A stretch of 64,000 bases of DNA from Candidatus Tectimicrobiota bacterium (GTDB lineage: Bacteria; JACPUC01), in assembly GCA_016192455.1 (NCBI GenBank), contig JACPUC010000018.1:1-64000 (forward strand), given 5' to 3'. The notes beneath the pieces were generated by a model. That model was not told the DNA's origin. It searched no databases and worked only from the letters and a program-made list of their open reading frames with translations. Both the position numbers and the translations under genes were made by a program. The first letter of the stretch is position 1. Each line of letters begins with the position of its first letter. This document shows positions 41,593-52,135 of this stretch, in pieces.

Positions 41593-43434
41593 TCAGGAAC
41601 TCTCGATGAGCTCGGGTTGGGGAGCGCCTTCAGGAGGACGCGGCGCCAGGGTGATGGTGTCGTGCTTCTCCACCGTCACCATCCCCGGCGGCATCCCCTT
41701 GCGTTTCTTCACGTAGCGCCGACTCGTGACGATCACGTCGACGCGCGCTTGGTGGTGCGCCTTGCTGAAGTGCGCCGCCAGGCGCGCCGCCTGCTCGATG
41801 ACGGAGTCGGGGAGCTTCTCGATCTTCGTGGGGTTGCGGATGACCACGTGGGACCCGGCGCTGCCCTGGGCATGCAACCAGACGTCATGCTCACGTGCGA
41901 TCTTCGTCATCAGGTAGTCATTGCCGCGGCTGTGCGCGCCGACGAGGATGTCCCAGCCATCCCGCGTGCGATAGTGCCGGACGCCATGCTTCGGGGCCTG
42001 GCGTGCTTTGCCCGCGGGCCGCCGCCGTTGCAGCTCCGGGAGGAGGGCCTGGGTCTCGCCCGCGTCCGCAATGCTCTGCACCTCCGCCGGGGTGGCGGCC
42101 TCCCGAAGGCCCCGTTGGACCGCCGCGAGCTCCGCGAGACGCTGGCGGCTCGTGGAAAGCTGCGCCGCAAGGATCGGCAAGGCCCGCCTCACCTTGCGCT
42201 GGCGATCATAGTAGCGCTCGGCGTTCTGCACCGCGGTGAGGGAGGGATCGAGCGCAATGGCGACCTGCTGAAGCGGCGGCTCTCCCGCGGCCGGCGCGGC
42301 GCCAGACAGGTCCCACGCCGGCAGCTCGACAGCCGCCGCGCCCGCGGGGATATCGTGGAGGTGTGCCAGGAGCAGATCGCCCAGCCTGCCGCAGCCATCC
42401 TGCTCGTTGCAGCGCTCGACGTCCTCGGCAAGATGCTCCACCTTGCGGTGCTCCCGCTCCAGGGCCTGCTGGAGCATCGACAGGAGCCGCTCCTTGTCCC
42501 CCCGCAGGCGCTGCTGCGCAGCGAGCTCGCGGTAGTAGCGCTCTGCGGCGGCGCTCGGGCTGCTGTGGGTTTCCTCCTCCTCAGTCGGGGGGGCGCAAAG
42601 CGGAAAGGGGGCCAGGGCCGCCGCCGAGCCGTCGGGACGGCGGTAGATACGCGGCTGCGCAGGTCCCTCCAACGCCTGCCGCATCTCGCGCGCCGCTGCC
42701 CAGACGGCGGCAGGCTCGTCGGCGGACCAAACGGTCTGCCTCCGAGCTCGGGCGAGAAGTTCCCGTTGCATGGCCGGGCTCAAGCCCGCTATGCTTGTCT
42801 TCAGGCGCTCGGTGGGCGTGCGCTGCGGCTGAAAATTCCATGCTTGGGCCAAGGCGCCGGCATCGAGCTCGTCCAGGGTGGGGGCGCGATAGGCCGGCGG
42901 GGGGGCGTAGGTCTCGCCGCGCAGGAGCAGGCGAACGCGGCTCTGCTCGGGGGTGACGGCGCGCAGGCAGTCGAGGATGCGACCAGTCGCGGCCTCGACC
43001 AGCACGAGGTTGCTGTGCCGGCCGGTGAGCTCGGCGATGAGTTCGATTGCCTCCAGCGCGAGCCCGGAGGCGGCGGAGAGGAAGCGCAGACGGACGAGAC
43101 GCTCCCAGGGTGGCTGGCTGATCGCCTCCATCCGCGCCCCCTGGAGCGTTCGACGCAGGCTCTGGGCAAACGGCTGCTCGTGGTCGCTGTTGCGATCGGC
43201 GGCGGCAAGCGGGCCGGACGGCGCGGCCCGCCCGGCTCGCGAGGCTCCGAGGAGATAGAGGCACGAGAGGGAGGGCGCGGCGCTCAGCACCAGGTGGTGT
43301 TGCCGCCGCCGGGCCCGCAGCCCCAGCCGGAGTGTGGAGGCGTCGCCCACCGTGACCTCGGTGAGGGAGGCGCCGAGGAGATGCTCCTGCAGCTCGCGCA
43401 CGATGAGGTGGAGGTAGGCAGCATCCATCGCCAT
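41593..43434 (-). CDS. rqcH: NFACT/FbpA-family ribosome quality-control protein
   Basis: AELTGRHSNL, IALDPSLT..NAERYY and DVWLHAQGSAGSHV motifs. Confidence 0.9.
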   Translation of the reverse strand: MAMDAAYLHLIVRELQEHLLGASLTEVTVGDASTLRLGLRARRRQHHLVLSAAPSLSCLYLLGASRAGRAAPSGPLAAADRNSDHEQPFAQSLRRTLQGARMEAISQPPWERLVRLRFLSAASGLALEAIELIAELTGRHSNLVLVEAATGRILDCLRAVTPEQSRVRLLLRGETYAPPPAYRAPTLDELDAGALAQAWNFQPQRTPTERLKTSIAGLSPAMQRELLARARRQTVWSADEPAAVWAAAREMRQALEGPAQPRIYRRPDGSAAALAPFPLCAPPTEEEETHSSPSAAAERYYRELAAQQRLRGDKERLLSMLQQALEREHRKVEHLAEDVERCNEQDGCGRLGDLLLAHLHDIPAGAAAVELPAWDLSGAAPAAGEPPLQQVAIALDPSLTAVQNAERYYDRQRKVRRALPILAAQLSTSRQRLAELAAVQRGLREAATPAEVQSIADAGETQALLPELQRRRPAGKARQAPKHGVRHYRTRDGWDILVGAHSRGNDYLMTKIAREHDVWLHAQGSAGSHVVIRNPTKIEKLPDSVIEQAARLAAHFSKAHHQARVDVIVTSRRYVKKRKGMPPGMVTVEKHDTITLAPRPPEGAPQPELIESS

Positions 43435-43718
43435 TCAATCTTGCGCCGCGGTGAGAGTGGATCCACGAGGGTCGCTCACACACATCAATCTGAGCTGCAG
43501 AAGACAGGCATGCAAACGGCGGAGCTGCGGGCGCGGGCCTGAGTTCAGGAATCAGCGGTGGCGGGAACGGCCGCCGATCATCATAATAAGCGGTGCGGAA
43601 CGCTGTCAATTCCGAGCCGCGGGAGGCGGCTCGCTGTGAACCCTTTCCCTTGCTTGACAAGGGAGAGGGAAGAATCTATGAGAATGCTCTCATTATGGCA
43701 ACTCCAGATCCAGGCGGA

Positions 43719-44603
43719 ATGCAAAGCATGACCGGCTACGGCCGAGCCGAGGTTCAGATCGCGCCGTATCTCTGCAGTGTCGAGGCGCGCAGCGTCAACC
43801 ATCGCTACCTCGACGCCTCGGTCAGGGTGCCGCGCGAGCTTACGGCACTCGAGCCGGTGCTGCGGAAGATTGTCCAGGGTCGCATTGCCCGCGGTCGGGT
43901 GGAGGTGTTCATCAACCTGCGCGAGCTGCCCGAGGTGGGCGGCACGAGCACCACCGTCAGCGTGAACCGCGAGCTGGCAGCGGCATACTGCGAGGCGTTG
44001 CGGTCCCTGAAGGAATACGTGAAGGTCGATGGGCCGGTGAACCTCGAGATGCTGGCACAGCTCCGGGATGTCTTCGTCATCGAGAAGCCGGGGCCGGATG
44101 TCGAGCGCTTGGGGTCGAAAATCTGCGAAGCCCTGGCCGCGGCGCTGGATGAGCTGGTGGCCATGCGGCAGACCGAAGGGCAGACCTTGCTGGCGGATAT
44201 CCAGCAGCGTCTCGCATGCCTCCGCGAGCACGGCGATCTCGTGGCGGCGCGGCTCCCAGTGATTGTGCGGGAGTATCGCGACAAGCTGCGCCAACGGGTG
44301 GCGGCCCTGGTGAACGGGCTGGAGGTTGATCCCGAGCGCCTGGAGACGGAGGTGGTGTACGTTGCCGAGCGCCAGGACATCAGCGAGGAGCTGGTGCGCC
44401 TGCGCAGCCATTTCGACCACTTCGCGGGCCTCATGGAGCTGAGTGAGCCGATGGGCCGCAAGCTCGATTTCCTGCTGCAGGAGATGAACCGCGAAACCAA
44501 CACCATCGCCTCGAAGGTGGCGGACAGCCAGGTTGCCCAGGACGTCGTCGAGATGAAGACCCTCATCGAGCAGATTCGCGAGCAGGTGCAGAATCTGCAG
44601 TAG
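43719..44603 (+). CDS. yicC: YicC-family endoribonuclease
   Basis: SMTGYG, RSVNHRYLD, EELVRLRSH, GRKLDFLLQEMNRETNTIASK and EQVQN motifs; start 43695 or 43719. Confidence 0.95.
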   Translation: MQSMTGYGRAEVQIAPYLCSVEARSVNHRYLDASVRVPRELTALEPVLRKIVQGRIARGRVEVFINLRELPEVGGTSTTVSVNRELAAAYCEALRSLKEYVKVDGPVNLEMLAQLRDVFVIEKPGPDVERLGSKICEALAAALDELVAMRQTEGQTLLADIQQRLACLREHGDLVAARLPVIVREYRDKLRQRVAALVNGLEVDPERLETEVVYVAERQDISEELVRLRSHFDHFAGLMELSEPMGRKLDFLLQEMNRETNTIASKVADSQVAQDVVEMKTLIEQIREQVQNLQ

Positions 44604-44647
44604 GGCGAATCTCTCCTCCCCAGGACACCAACAGAGAGAAGCTGGCG

Positions 44648-45289
44648 ATGCCCCAGCGGCTGCACGTTCAACGGGGGTTGGTGTTCGTTGTCTCGGCGCC
44701 GTCCGGGGCCGGCAAAACGACGCTCTGCGGCCGCCTCGTGAAGGAGTACGGGGATTTCGACCTGTCGATCTCGACGACCACGCGGCCGCCGCGGCGGGGT
44801 GAGACGCAGGGGGTGGAGTACCGCTTCGTGAGCGTGGCGCAGTTCCGCGCCAAGATCGATGCCGGCGAGTTCGTCGAGTGGGCGGAGGTGCATGGCAACT
44901 ACTACGGCACCTCGCGGCGGTTCCTCGAGGAGCGCCTGAGCCAGGGACGGGATGTGCTCCTCGACATCGATGTGCAAGGGGGGCTGCAGCTCCGCCGTCA
45001 CCTCCAGGAGAGTATCCTCATCTTCATCATGCCGCCGAGTCTCGAAACGCTCCAGCAGCGACTGCGCCAGCGCGGCGCCGATGCCGAGGCGGAGATCAAG
45101 CGGCGGCTGGAAGGAGCCAAGAAGGAGCTGGCGTGCGTGCGACAGTATGATTATGCCATCATCAATCGGGACATCACGGAGTCGCTCGCCCAGCTCAGGT
45201 CGATCATCCTTGCGGAGCGGCAGCGCAGTTCGCGCTACTGCCCACCGCCAGACATCGCCCCCTTTGTCCCCCGCGCGGGTGGATCATGA
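44648..45289 (+). CDS. gmk: Guanylate kinase
   Basis: SAPSGAGKTT, TTRPPR, EVHGNYYGT and DIDVQG motifs. Confidence 0.96.
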   Translation: MPQRLHVQRGLVFVVSAPSGAGKTTLCGRLVKEYGDFDLSISTTTRPPRRGETQGVEYRFVSVAQFRAKIDAGEFVEWAEVHGNYYGTSRRFLEERLSQGRDVLLDIDVQGGLQLRRHLQESILIFIMPPSLETLQQRLRQRGADAEAEIKRRLEGAKKELACVRQYDYAIINRDITESLAQLRSIILAERQRSSRYCPPPDIAPFVPRAGGS

Positions 45290-46494
45290 ACCTTTCCAGC
45301 AAGCGCGTCCTCTTGGGAGTGTGCGGCGGCATCGCCGCCTACAAGGCGGTGGAGCTCCTCCGCCAGCTCAGCAAGCTGGGGGCGGAGGTGCAGGTGGTGC
45401 TGACGCGGCATGCCCAGGAGTTCGTCACCCCCCTGACGTTCCAGGCGCTCTCCGATCAGCCGCTCCTCACCGATATGTTCCGCCTCGAGCAGGAACGGGA
45501 GATCACCCATGTCGCCGCGGCGCAGCAAGCCGAGCTCTTCCTGGTGGCGCCGGCCACGGCGAACCTCATCGGCAAGTACGCCAACGGCATCGCCGATGAT
45601 TTCCTCACCACCCTGCTGCTGGCGACGACCGCCCAGGTGATGCTGGCGCCGGCGATGAACACGAAGATGTACCTGCACCCGGCGACGCAGCACAACCTCG
45701 CCACGCTGCGGGGCTGGGGGACGCTCATCGTCGAGCCGCAGGAGGGCGAGCTGGCCTGCAAGGAGATCGGCATCGGCAAGCTTGCCGCGGTCGAGACCAT
45801 CGTCGAGGCGGCCTGCGCCTACTTTCGCCGCGGCCTCGAATTCGAGGGCGTCACTCTCCTCGTTACGGCGGGCCCCACGCGCGAGCCCCTCGATGCGGTG
45901 CGCTTCCTCTCCAATGCCTCCAGCGGCAAGATGGGGTATGCCGTGGCCAGGGCCGCCCTGGCGCGCGGCGCCAAGGTCATCCTCATCAGCGGTCCCACGG
46001 CGCTGACGCCGCCGCCGGGGTGCACCTTCGTGGGGGTGGAGACGGCGCTCGAGATGTACGAGGCCGTCCTGCAGCACTTCCCGGCTGCCGACGTGGTGGT
46101 GAAGACGGCGGCGGTGTCGGACTTCCGCTTCGTGGAGCGGCATCCGTACAAGATGAAGAAGGACGAGGCGCCGCTCAGCACCCACTTCCTCCGCAACCCC
46201 GACATCCTCCTCGAGCTGGGTCGCCGCAAGGGCAGGGCAGTGCTGGTGGGGTTCGCCGCCGAGACGCACGACGTGGTTGACTACGCGCGCGGCAAGCTGG
46301 TGGAGAAGAACCTCGATCTCATCGTGGCGAACGACATCAGTGATGGGCGCATCGGCATGGGGAGCGACACCAACCGCGTCACCATCATCAGCCGCAGCGG
46401 CGCGCTCGAGCACCTGCCGGAGAACAGCAAGGAGAAGGTCGCGGGCGCAATTCTCGACCGCGTGTTGCCGCTCCTGCCGCGCCGGGGTGCCTGA
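45286..46494 (+). CDS. coaBC: Bifunctional phosphopantothenoylcysteine decarboxylase/synthetase
   Basis: GGIAAYK, APATAN, PAMN, GELAC, SSGKMG, AAVSDF and VGFAAET motifs. Confidence 0.97.
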   Translation: MNLSSKRVLLGVCGGIAAYKAVELLRQLSKLGAEVQVVLTRHAQEFVTPLTFQALSDQPLLTDMFRLEQEREITHVAAAQQAELFLVAPATANLIGKYANGIADDFLTTLLLATTAQVMLAPAMNTKMYLHPATQHNLATLRGWGTLIVEPQEGELACKEIGIGKLAAVETIVEAACAYFRRGLEFEGVTLLVTAGPTREPLDAVRFLSNASSGKMGYAVARAALARGAKVILISGPTALTPPPGCTFVGVETALEMYEAVLQHFPAADVVVKTAAVSDFRFVERHPYKMKKDEAPLSTHFLRNPDILLELGRRKGRAVLVGFAAETHDVVDYARGKLVEKNLDLIVANDISDGRIGMGSDTNRVTIISRSGALEHLPENSKEKVAGAILDRVLPLLPRRGA

Positions 46495-47219
46495 TGGAAA
46501 GGAAGATCGCGGAATCGCGCCGGCCCGCTACCCGGGCTGAGGTTCGGCGGCAACTCTTCGCGGCACTGCGCGGGGCGTTGCAGTACCAGCGGAGCCTCGG
46601 CGTGGAGTGGCTGCCGGCCAGCGCCGCGCTGGGCGCTTTTCTGGCGGCGCGTCCTGGGGCCGCGACGCCGCCGACGCTTGCGTCGATCTCCGAAACCTAC
46701 CGCGATTGCCAGCGCTGTCGCCTTGGCGCCACGCGGCAGAACCTGGTGTTCGGGGTCGGCAATCCGCATGCCAAGCTCGTCTTCGTGGGCGAGGCGCCAG
46801 GACGGGATGAGGACCTGCAAGGCGAGCCCTTCGTCGGCCGCGCCGGGCAATTGCTGACGCGCATCATCGAGGCCATGGGCCTGCGCCGCGACGAGGTGTA
46901 CATCTGCAATATCATCAAGTGCCGGCCGCCCCAGAACCGCAACCCGCGCGGCGATGAGATTGAAGCCTGTGAGCCGATTCTCCGTCAACAGCTCCGCGCC
47001 ATCCAGCCGAAGCTCATCTGCACGCTCGGCACCGTTGCCACGCAAACCCTCCTGCGCAGCCAAGCATCCATCGGTGACCTGCGGGGCCGGTTCCACACCT
47101 ACGAGGGCATTCCAGTCATGCCGACGTACCACCCAGCCTACCTGCTGCGGAATCCGGAGCAGAAGCGCGCGGTGTGGGAGGATATGAAGAAGGTCAAGGC
47201 CGAGTATGAGAAGGTTTAA
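46494..47219 (+). CDS. udg: Uracil-DNA glycosylase family 4
   Basis: [24 protein letters not shown] and TYHPAYLLR motifs. Confidence 0.95.
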   Translation: MERKIAESRRPATRAEVRRQLFAALRGALQYQRSLGVEWLPASAALGAFLAARPGAATPPTLASISETYRDCQRCRLGATRQNLVFGVGNPHAKLVFVGEAPGRDEDLQGEPFVGRAGQLLTRIIEAMGLRRDEVYICNIIKCRPPQNRNPRGDEIEACEPILRQQLRAIQPKLICTLGTVATQTLLRSQASIGDLRGRFHTYEGIPVMPTYHPAYLLRNPEQKRAVWEDMKKVKAEYEKV

Positions 47220-47355
47220 TCACAGCCGTGGCGCCCTGGAACTCCTGGCGGCGTAAGGCGGGCCATGGCGGGGGGTGGGAAGGCAGCCGCCCCTCGAGGA
47301 GGCCGGGAGACGTTCATCCCGGCGCGCATTCATTTACTGTAGTGGTGCGGCTTCT

Positions 47356-47661
47356 ATGGCGTTCCATGTCTTTCGCGGCCATATCGTAAGTGAGCGGCAG
47401 ATTTACTACATCGGCACCTCGCTGGCGCCGAAGCCTCTCGTCATCTTTCGTTCGCTCGACGAGCTGATCAAGTACTTTCCGCCTATCGAAAGCTCCGACG
47501 AGATCAGCTTCGCGCTGCCGGTCAACCTCCAGCCGAGCTCAGGCAACAGCTACGAAGTCATGAGCGAAGAGGAGCAGCAGCTCCTCCTGCGCGCGCTCCA
47601 TCTCCTGCCCTGGGATATAGAGGCTTCGGAGGAGGGGAAGGGGAGAAGTATGCGACGCTGA
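47356..47661 (+). CDS. Hypothetical protein (101 aa)
   Basis: Protein-like composition (MAFHVFRGHIVSERQIYYIG...); no recognised motif and weak RBS. Confidence 0.6.
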   Translation: MAFHVFRGHIVSERQIYYIGTSLAPKPLVIFRSLDELIKYFPPIESSDEISFALPVNLQPSSGNSYEVMSEEEQQLLLRALHLLPWDIEASEEGKGRSMRR

Positions 47662-47887
47662 TCGCGGCGCCGCGTTCTCTGCCCCCCTCCCGGCAGCCCT
47701 GCCGGGCCGCACGGCGCTTCCTCGGCTTGCGGCGCTCATCGCCGCCGCCGGCGTTCCTCCTCTTTCTCCTCCTCGTCAGTCTCGCGGCGCGATAGCACCT
47801 GCCGCAGAGCGTCCCTCCGCGACATCCTCCCCCGCGGGAGATGCTTCCAGGTCCGGCCCGCAGGGCTGCTGATCCCTGCCGCGGTCC

Positions 47888-48958
47888 TCATGGTTTGGCC
47901 TGCGCCTGGAACTGCAGCTCCTCCTCGATGATCTTCTTCATTTCGTTGAACGAGACAGCTCCCGCGACGAGGCGACCGTTGATGTAGAAGGTGGGCGTGC
48001 TGTCGACGCCAAGCTTGCGGCCATCCTCGATGTCGTGGTCGATCTCGGCGTTGTACTTCTTGGCGGCGAAGCAGGCGTCGAACTTCCCGGCATCCAGGTT
48101 GACCTGCTTCGCATACCCTTGCAGGTCCGCGTCGCTGAGCTTCTGCTGATTTGCGAAGAGGAGATCGTGGTACTCCCAGAACTTCCCCTGCTCATTGGCG
48201 CAGTTGGCCGCCAGCGCGGCAGGGCGACCGCGCTGGTGAATCGTCTCGAGGGGGTAGTCGCGGTACACGAGACGGACCTTCTCGGCGTACGTCGAAAGGA
48301 CCTGCTTGAGGACCGGCTGCGAGCGGCTGCAGAAGGGGCACTCGAAATCGGAGAACTCGATGATGGTGATGAGCGCGTTCGCCGCGCCGGTGCTGGGGTC
48401 GTCGTCGGCGCTCACCTGCAGGCGCGGCGGCTGCAGGAACATCTCGATGCGGTACGCCCCGCGCAGCCGCTCCACGAACCGCTCGCGCTGCTCTTCGATG
48501 CGCCGTTCCCTGAGCAAGCCGTGAATGCGCTCCCGCACCTGCTCATAAGGAGCGCGGATGCGGTTCTGGTTGCGTTCAAAGAAGGCGCGCGCCTCTTGCT
48601 CGGTGACGGGCGCCACCTTCGAGACGATCTCCTCGTTGTACACCGCCTGCACGGTGCTCTGCCGCTTCGTCGCCTCGGCCTTCAGGAGGTGCTCCGTGAG
48701 CAGCGACTCCAGCCCGCGCCGGCGCAGGTCGAACATCCGGCTCTTGATCTGCATGATCTCGCGCTGCACGTTCGCATCGACCTCTTCGAGCGTGATCGGC
48801 TTGCCATCGAAGCGGGCGGCAAGCTCCGCCGCGCCGGCGGCGCCGCCGCCCGCAAACCGCGGGGGGACGCCAAGGCTGACGAGCAGCGCCAGGACGGCGA
48901 GGAGCACGGGACGGAGGAGCCGAGCGGATCGGGTCTGCCTGAGGGGTCGACTAGTCAT
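47888..48958 (-). CDS. DsbA-family thioredoxin with an N-terminal SurA-like helical domain
   Basis: Signal peptide; EFSDFECPFC; GVDSTPTFYING (cis-Pro loop). Confidence 0.92.
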   Translation of the reverse strand: MTSRPLRQTRSARLLRPVLLAVLALLVSLGVPPRFAGGGAAGAAELAARFDGKPITLEEVDANVQREIMQIKSRMFDLRRRGLESLLTEHLLKAEATKRQSTVQAVYNEEIVSKVAPVTEQEARAFFERNQNRIRAPYEQVRERIHGLLRERRIEEQRERFVERLRGAYRIEMFLQPPRLQVSADDDPSTGAANALITIIEFSDFECPFCSRSQPVLKQVLSTYAEKVRLVYRDYPLETIHQRGRPAALAANCANEQGKFWEYHDLLFANQQKLSDADLQGYAKQVNLDAGKFDACFAAKKYNAEIDHDIEDGRKLGVDSTPTFYINGRLVAGAVSFNEMKKIIEEELQFQAQAKP

Positions 48959-49130
48959 GGGAGAAGCTCCTCATCGTGAATGGGAGGAGAGGTGTGCGGG
49001 AGCGCCGGGCGCCTGCGGCGTGGGCCGGCGACCGTGCCGCGGGCAGACGCCTGTGCTAGAGTGTGGGCACCACCCAGCTCTGGATGGGATGCTCACCCAA
49101 CGATCGCCCGCGAAGCGAGAGGGGGCCGCC

Positions 49131-49286
49131 ATGCCGCGCATCTTCTGGGTCACCTGCCCTGCCTGTGAAGGACGATTCTACTGTCACTACGAAGACCTCC
49201 GCCACGCCGGCGTACCCCTCCTCTGCCCTTACTGTCAGCATCGCTTCCTGGTTGAGGAGAGCAGCGCCATCGACGATCGCGGCTGA
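49131..49286 (+). CDS. Small zinc-ribbon protein (51 aa)
   Basis: GAGGGGG RBS; MPRIFWVTCPACEGRF...LLCPYCQHRF with two CxxC motifs. Confidence 0.8.
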   Translation: MPRIFWVTCPACEGRFYCHYEDLRHAGVPLLCPYCQHRFLVEESSAIDDRG

Positions 49287-49415
49287 CGCCGAGCTCCCGC
49301 CCTTTTTCCCAGAACGCCACCTGCATCGCTGCCCGCGCGGCCGCTCTGCTCAGTCGGCCGGAGGTGCCGAGCGCGGCCCTGCTCTACCCCCTGCTCTCGG
49401 CGGCGGCGCCCGGCG

Positions 49416-50648
49416 TCACAGCGGCTTCTCGGCGGCGGTCGCCGGCAGCGCGGGGCGCAGTGCGATGGGCTTGATCACGAAGAGCGCGCTCACGGCCCCC
49501 AGCAGCAGGGAGATGCCGGCAAAGTAGAAGAGCGCCACGCCGCCGTACCGGTCGGCGAGGAAACCGGCGAAGATCGGCGTGATGGCGGCCAGGAGCTGGT
49601 TGGCGCTGAAGATCAGCCCCACGACGCTCGCCCCCGTCTCCTCGGGGGTGGCGTCAAGCGCCGCCGCGAAGATGATCGGGCGTACCGAGAAGAGGAACAT
49701 GCCGAGGAAGAAGAGGGTGATGAGGAAGGCCAGCCCTTGCCCGAGGGCGACGAGGAGCAGGCTGCAGAGGCCGGAGATGATGAAGGCGGTGAGCATGATC
49801 GTCATACGGCCGATGCGGTCGGAGAGCGCCCCCATCATCGGCCCGGCGAAGAGACTGGCGATGGAGGCGCTGCCCAGGTAGACGCCGATCATCTTGGGGC
49901 TGAGGTGCCACTCCTTGGCGAGGTAGAGGGGCAGCAGCGTGATGATGGCCTGCTGGGCGGTGGTGCGCAGCGACGACACCGCGGAGAGCCAGAGCATGAC
50001 GGGATGCTTGATGAGCTTCTTCAGTGCCATCCGGTACTCGGCCAGGTTCAGCCGTTTGCCCGGCCCGGAATCTCCCAGGCGGTCGGAGATGGTGAACCAG
50101 ACCAGCAAGGCGAGGAGAAGTCCCGGCAGGATATTGAGAGCCGCCGCCGCGCGCCAGCTCAGGAAGGTGAGGACAAGCCCGAAGACGAGGGGGGAGAGGA
50201 GATCACCGAGGCCGGCGCCGAACTCGTGGGTGGACATGGCGAAGCCGCGGCGGTCCGGCATGAGGGAGGAGAGGAGCGACATGGCAGGGGGATGCCACAA
50301 AGAGGCGCCAAAGCCAAGCAGCCCCATGGCAATCATGATGATGCCGATGCTGGGGGCCAGGCTGAGGAGGAGGTAGCCGAGGGAAGGGACGGCGAGGGCC
50401 AGCATGAGGGAGCCGGTGCGCTTGCCAAGGACGTCAACGAGCGCGCTTCCCGGCAAATTCACGCAGGCCGAGATGAAGAAACGCACCGAGCTCATCACGC
50501 CGATGTGCGCGTAGCTCAAGCCAAACTCGGCGGCGATGAACGGGCTCAGCAGCCCGAAGGCGCCGGTATTCCAATGCGTATCGAGGTGGCCCAGCGAGAT
50601 GATGGAGAGGATTGCAGTGCGGGTGCGTTTCACAGTCCTCCTTTGCAT
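49416..50648 (-). CDS. MFS transporter
   Basis: About 12 hydrophobic segments; GALSDRIGR motif; WHPPA; AGAGG RBS. Confidence 0.92.
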   Translation of the reverse strand: MQRRTVKRTRTAILSIISLGHLDTHWNTGAFGLLSPFIAAEFGLSYAHIGVMSSVRFFISACVNLPGSALVDVLGKRTGSLMLALAVPSLGYLLLSLAPSIGIIMIAMGLLGFGASLWHPPAMSLLSSLMPDRRGFAMSTHEFGAGLGDLLSPLVFGLVLTFLSWRAAAALNILPGLLLALLVWFTISDRLGDSGPGKRLNLAEYRMALKKLIKHPVMLWLSAVSSLRTTAQQAIITLLPLYLAKEWHLSPKMIGVYLGSASIASLFAGPMMGALSDRIGRMTIMLTAFIISGLCSLLLVALGQGLAFLITLFFLGMFLFSVRPIIFAAALDATPEETGASVVGLIFSANQLLAAITPIFAGFLADRYGGVALFYFAGISLLLGAVSALFVIKPIALRPALPATAAEKPL

Positions 50649-50849
50649 CGACCTCTATCTCTCAGCGCCGGCGCCCCGGCAGCCTCCGCCGCGCGTCGCC
50701 CAGCGGGGCGTGCGGCGGAGCGTTCTCGGAGCCGGCGCCAGGGACATCCGTGAGGCTTCCTGCGGCGTGCCGCGCCAAGGCGGCGCCCCAGCGGCACCGC
50801 CGCCGGGGAACAGTGACGCGGCGGTGCTCCGAGGTCCGGGCGGTGAGGG

Positions 50850-51896
50850 TTACGCCACGGTGCGCCCTAGCACGCCCCCCTCGAAGAAGAGCCAAGTGCG
50901 CCCGTCGGCGGAAGGGCGCCGGTTGAGTCGAACGAGATCGCCGGTGTGGTACTTGATGATCGGCTGGGCGAGCTGCATGTAGCTCGTGTAGACCAGCTCG
51001 CCCACCTCCCCGTCGCCGACGGGCTTCCCCGCGGCATCGAGCACCAGGCAGTGCCCGCAATCCTCCACGGCGTGTAGGCCCTCGCCTGAATGGAACCCCA
51101 CCGCCACGACGCCGGTCTCATCGTGCAGCAGGACGCGGTGGACCTGCGCCCCCCAGGTGGCCGCGAGGTCGTCGCGCAGCGTGGCGGAGCCGGTCGTGTC
51201 TGCACCGGCGATGAAGAGGTGGCGGAGGCTCGTGCCGGCCAGATCGAACCCCTCCTGGCGGGCCGCTTCGCTCAAGGCCTGCACCTCCTCCAGGGTTGCC
51301 AGCATTGCCTGGGGCCGGCGCTGCTCGATCTGGCGCAGCCGCGCCTGGTGATCCAGGCCGCCGCCCGAGAGCATCATGGCGCCGAGACGCCGGACGCCGA
51401 AGTAGGCGCTCCAGAGGCCCAACCGCAGGTCCCAGTTGAACGGCAGGTAGCAGAGGGTGTCGGCGCGCAGCCCAGCGGCCCAGAAGAGGTAGGCCCACGG
51501 CTCTCCGTGCAGGGTGGCGCCGGCGTAAGAGAGCGGAATCTCCACGGGGGCGTTGCCGTTTCCCCGCTCCTGGAAGCGGAACAGCAGGTCATCCTCGCGC
51601 AGCGCCAGGGCGTCTCCGTAGGGCGGTTTCGTTGGCTGGGCTGCGGCGAGGTCTGCCTTGCGTATGGTTGGCACCAAGCTCGCGAAGTCCTCCAGGCTGT
51701 GAACATCCTCCGGCCTGATGCCGGCGGCGGCGTAACGCTTCCGATACAGTGGGCTGTGCTCGTAAGCGTGCCGCAGGAGCGCCCGTAGCCGCCGCAGGTG
51801 CAGCGCTTCGAGCTGCGCCCGCGGCATCGTCTCCAGCAGCGGGTTCCAGAAGGTGCTGGCGGCGCTCTGTGGGTTGAGGAAGCTGCGAAACTCCAT
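50850..51896 (-). CDS. Degenerate PaaK-like (ANL) paralog lacking the P-loop and C-terminal domain
   Basis: Aligns by eye with 52558..53952 (ETMPRAQL.ALHLRR, WSAY.GVRRLGA, QPIIKY, GGVLGRT); continuous ORF; start 51896 or 51914. Confidence 0.85.
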   Translation of the reverse strand: MEFRSFLNPQSAASTFWNPLLETMPRAQLEALHLRRLRALLRHAYEHSPLYRKRYAAAGIRPEDVHSLEDFASLVPTIRKADLAAAQPTKPPYGDALALREDDLLFRFQERGNGNAPVEIPLSYAGATLHGEPWAYLFWAAGLRADTLCYLPFNWDLRLGLWSAYFGVRRLGAMMLSGGGLDHQARLRQIEQRRPQAMLATLEEVQALSEAARQEGFDLAGTSLRHLFIAGADTTGSATLRDDLAATWGAQVHRVLLHDETGVVAVGFHSGEGLHAVEDCGHCLVLDAAGKPVGDGEVGELVYTSYMQLAQPIIKYHTGDLVRLNRRPSADGRTWLFFEGGVLGRTVA

Positions 51897-52027
51897 GCCG
51901 CGTACCTTCCGCATGCAACCGTTCAGCCGAGGCTCCCTCGAACACGAATCTCCGCCCCAGGCGCCGCCGCGGTTGTTTGCGGAGCTCTCCCTGCCCGCGA
52001 GAGACCGCTTCGGGCGCGGTGCGGGTC

Positions 52028-52057
52028 ATCATAGGGCAGGTATTTTGGGGGGGTCAA
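52028..52057 (-). promoter_or_regulatory. sigma70-type promoter for the degenerate PaaK paralog
   Basis: Minus strand TTGACC-N18-TATGAT. Confidence 0.7.
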
Positions 52058-52135
52058 GCCGATTCGCTGCCCGGCGGCGTCGGGGCGCCGCCTGGACGCC
52101 GCCGCCGTGCCAACCTGCCGGGGGCGCGCCTCTTC

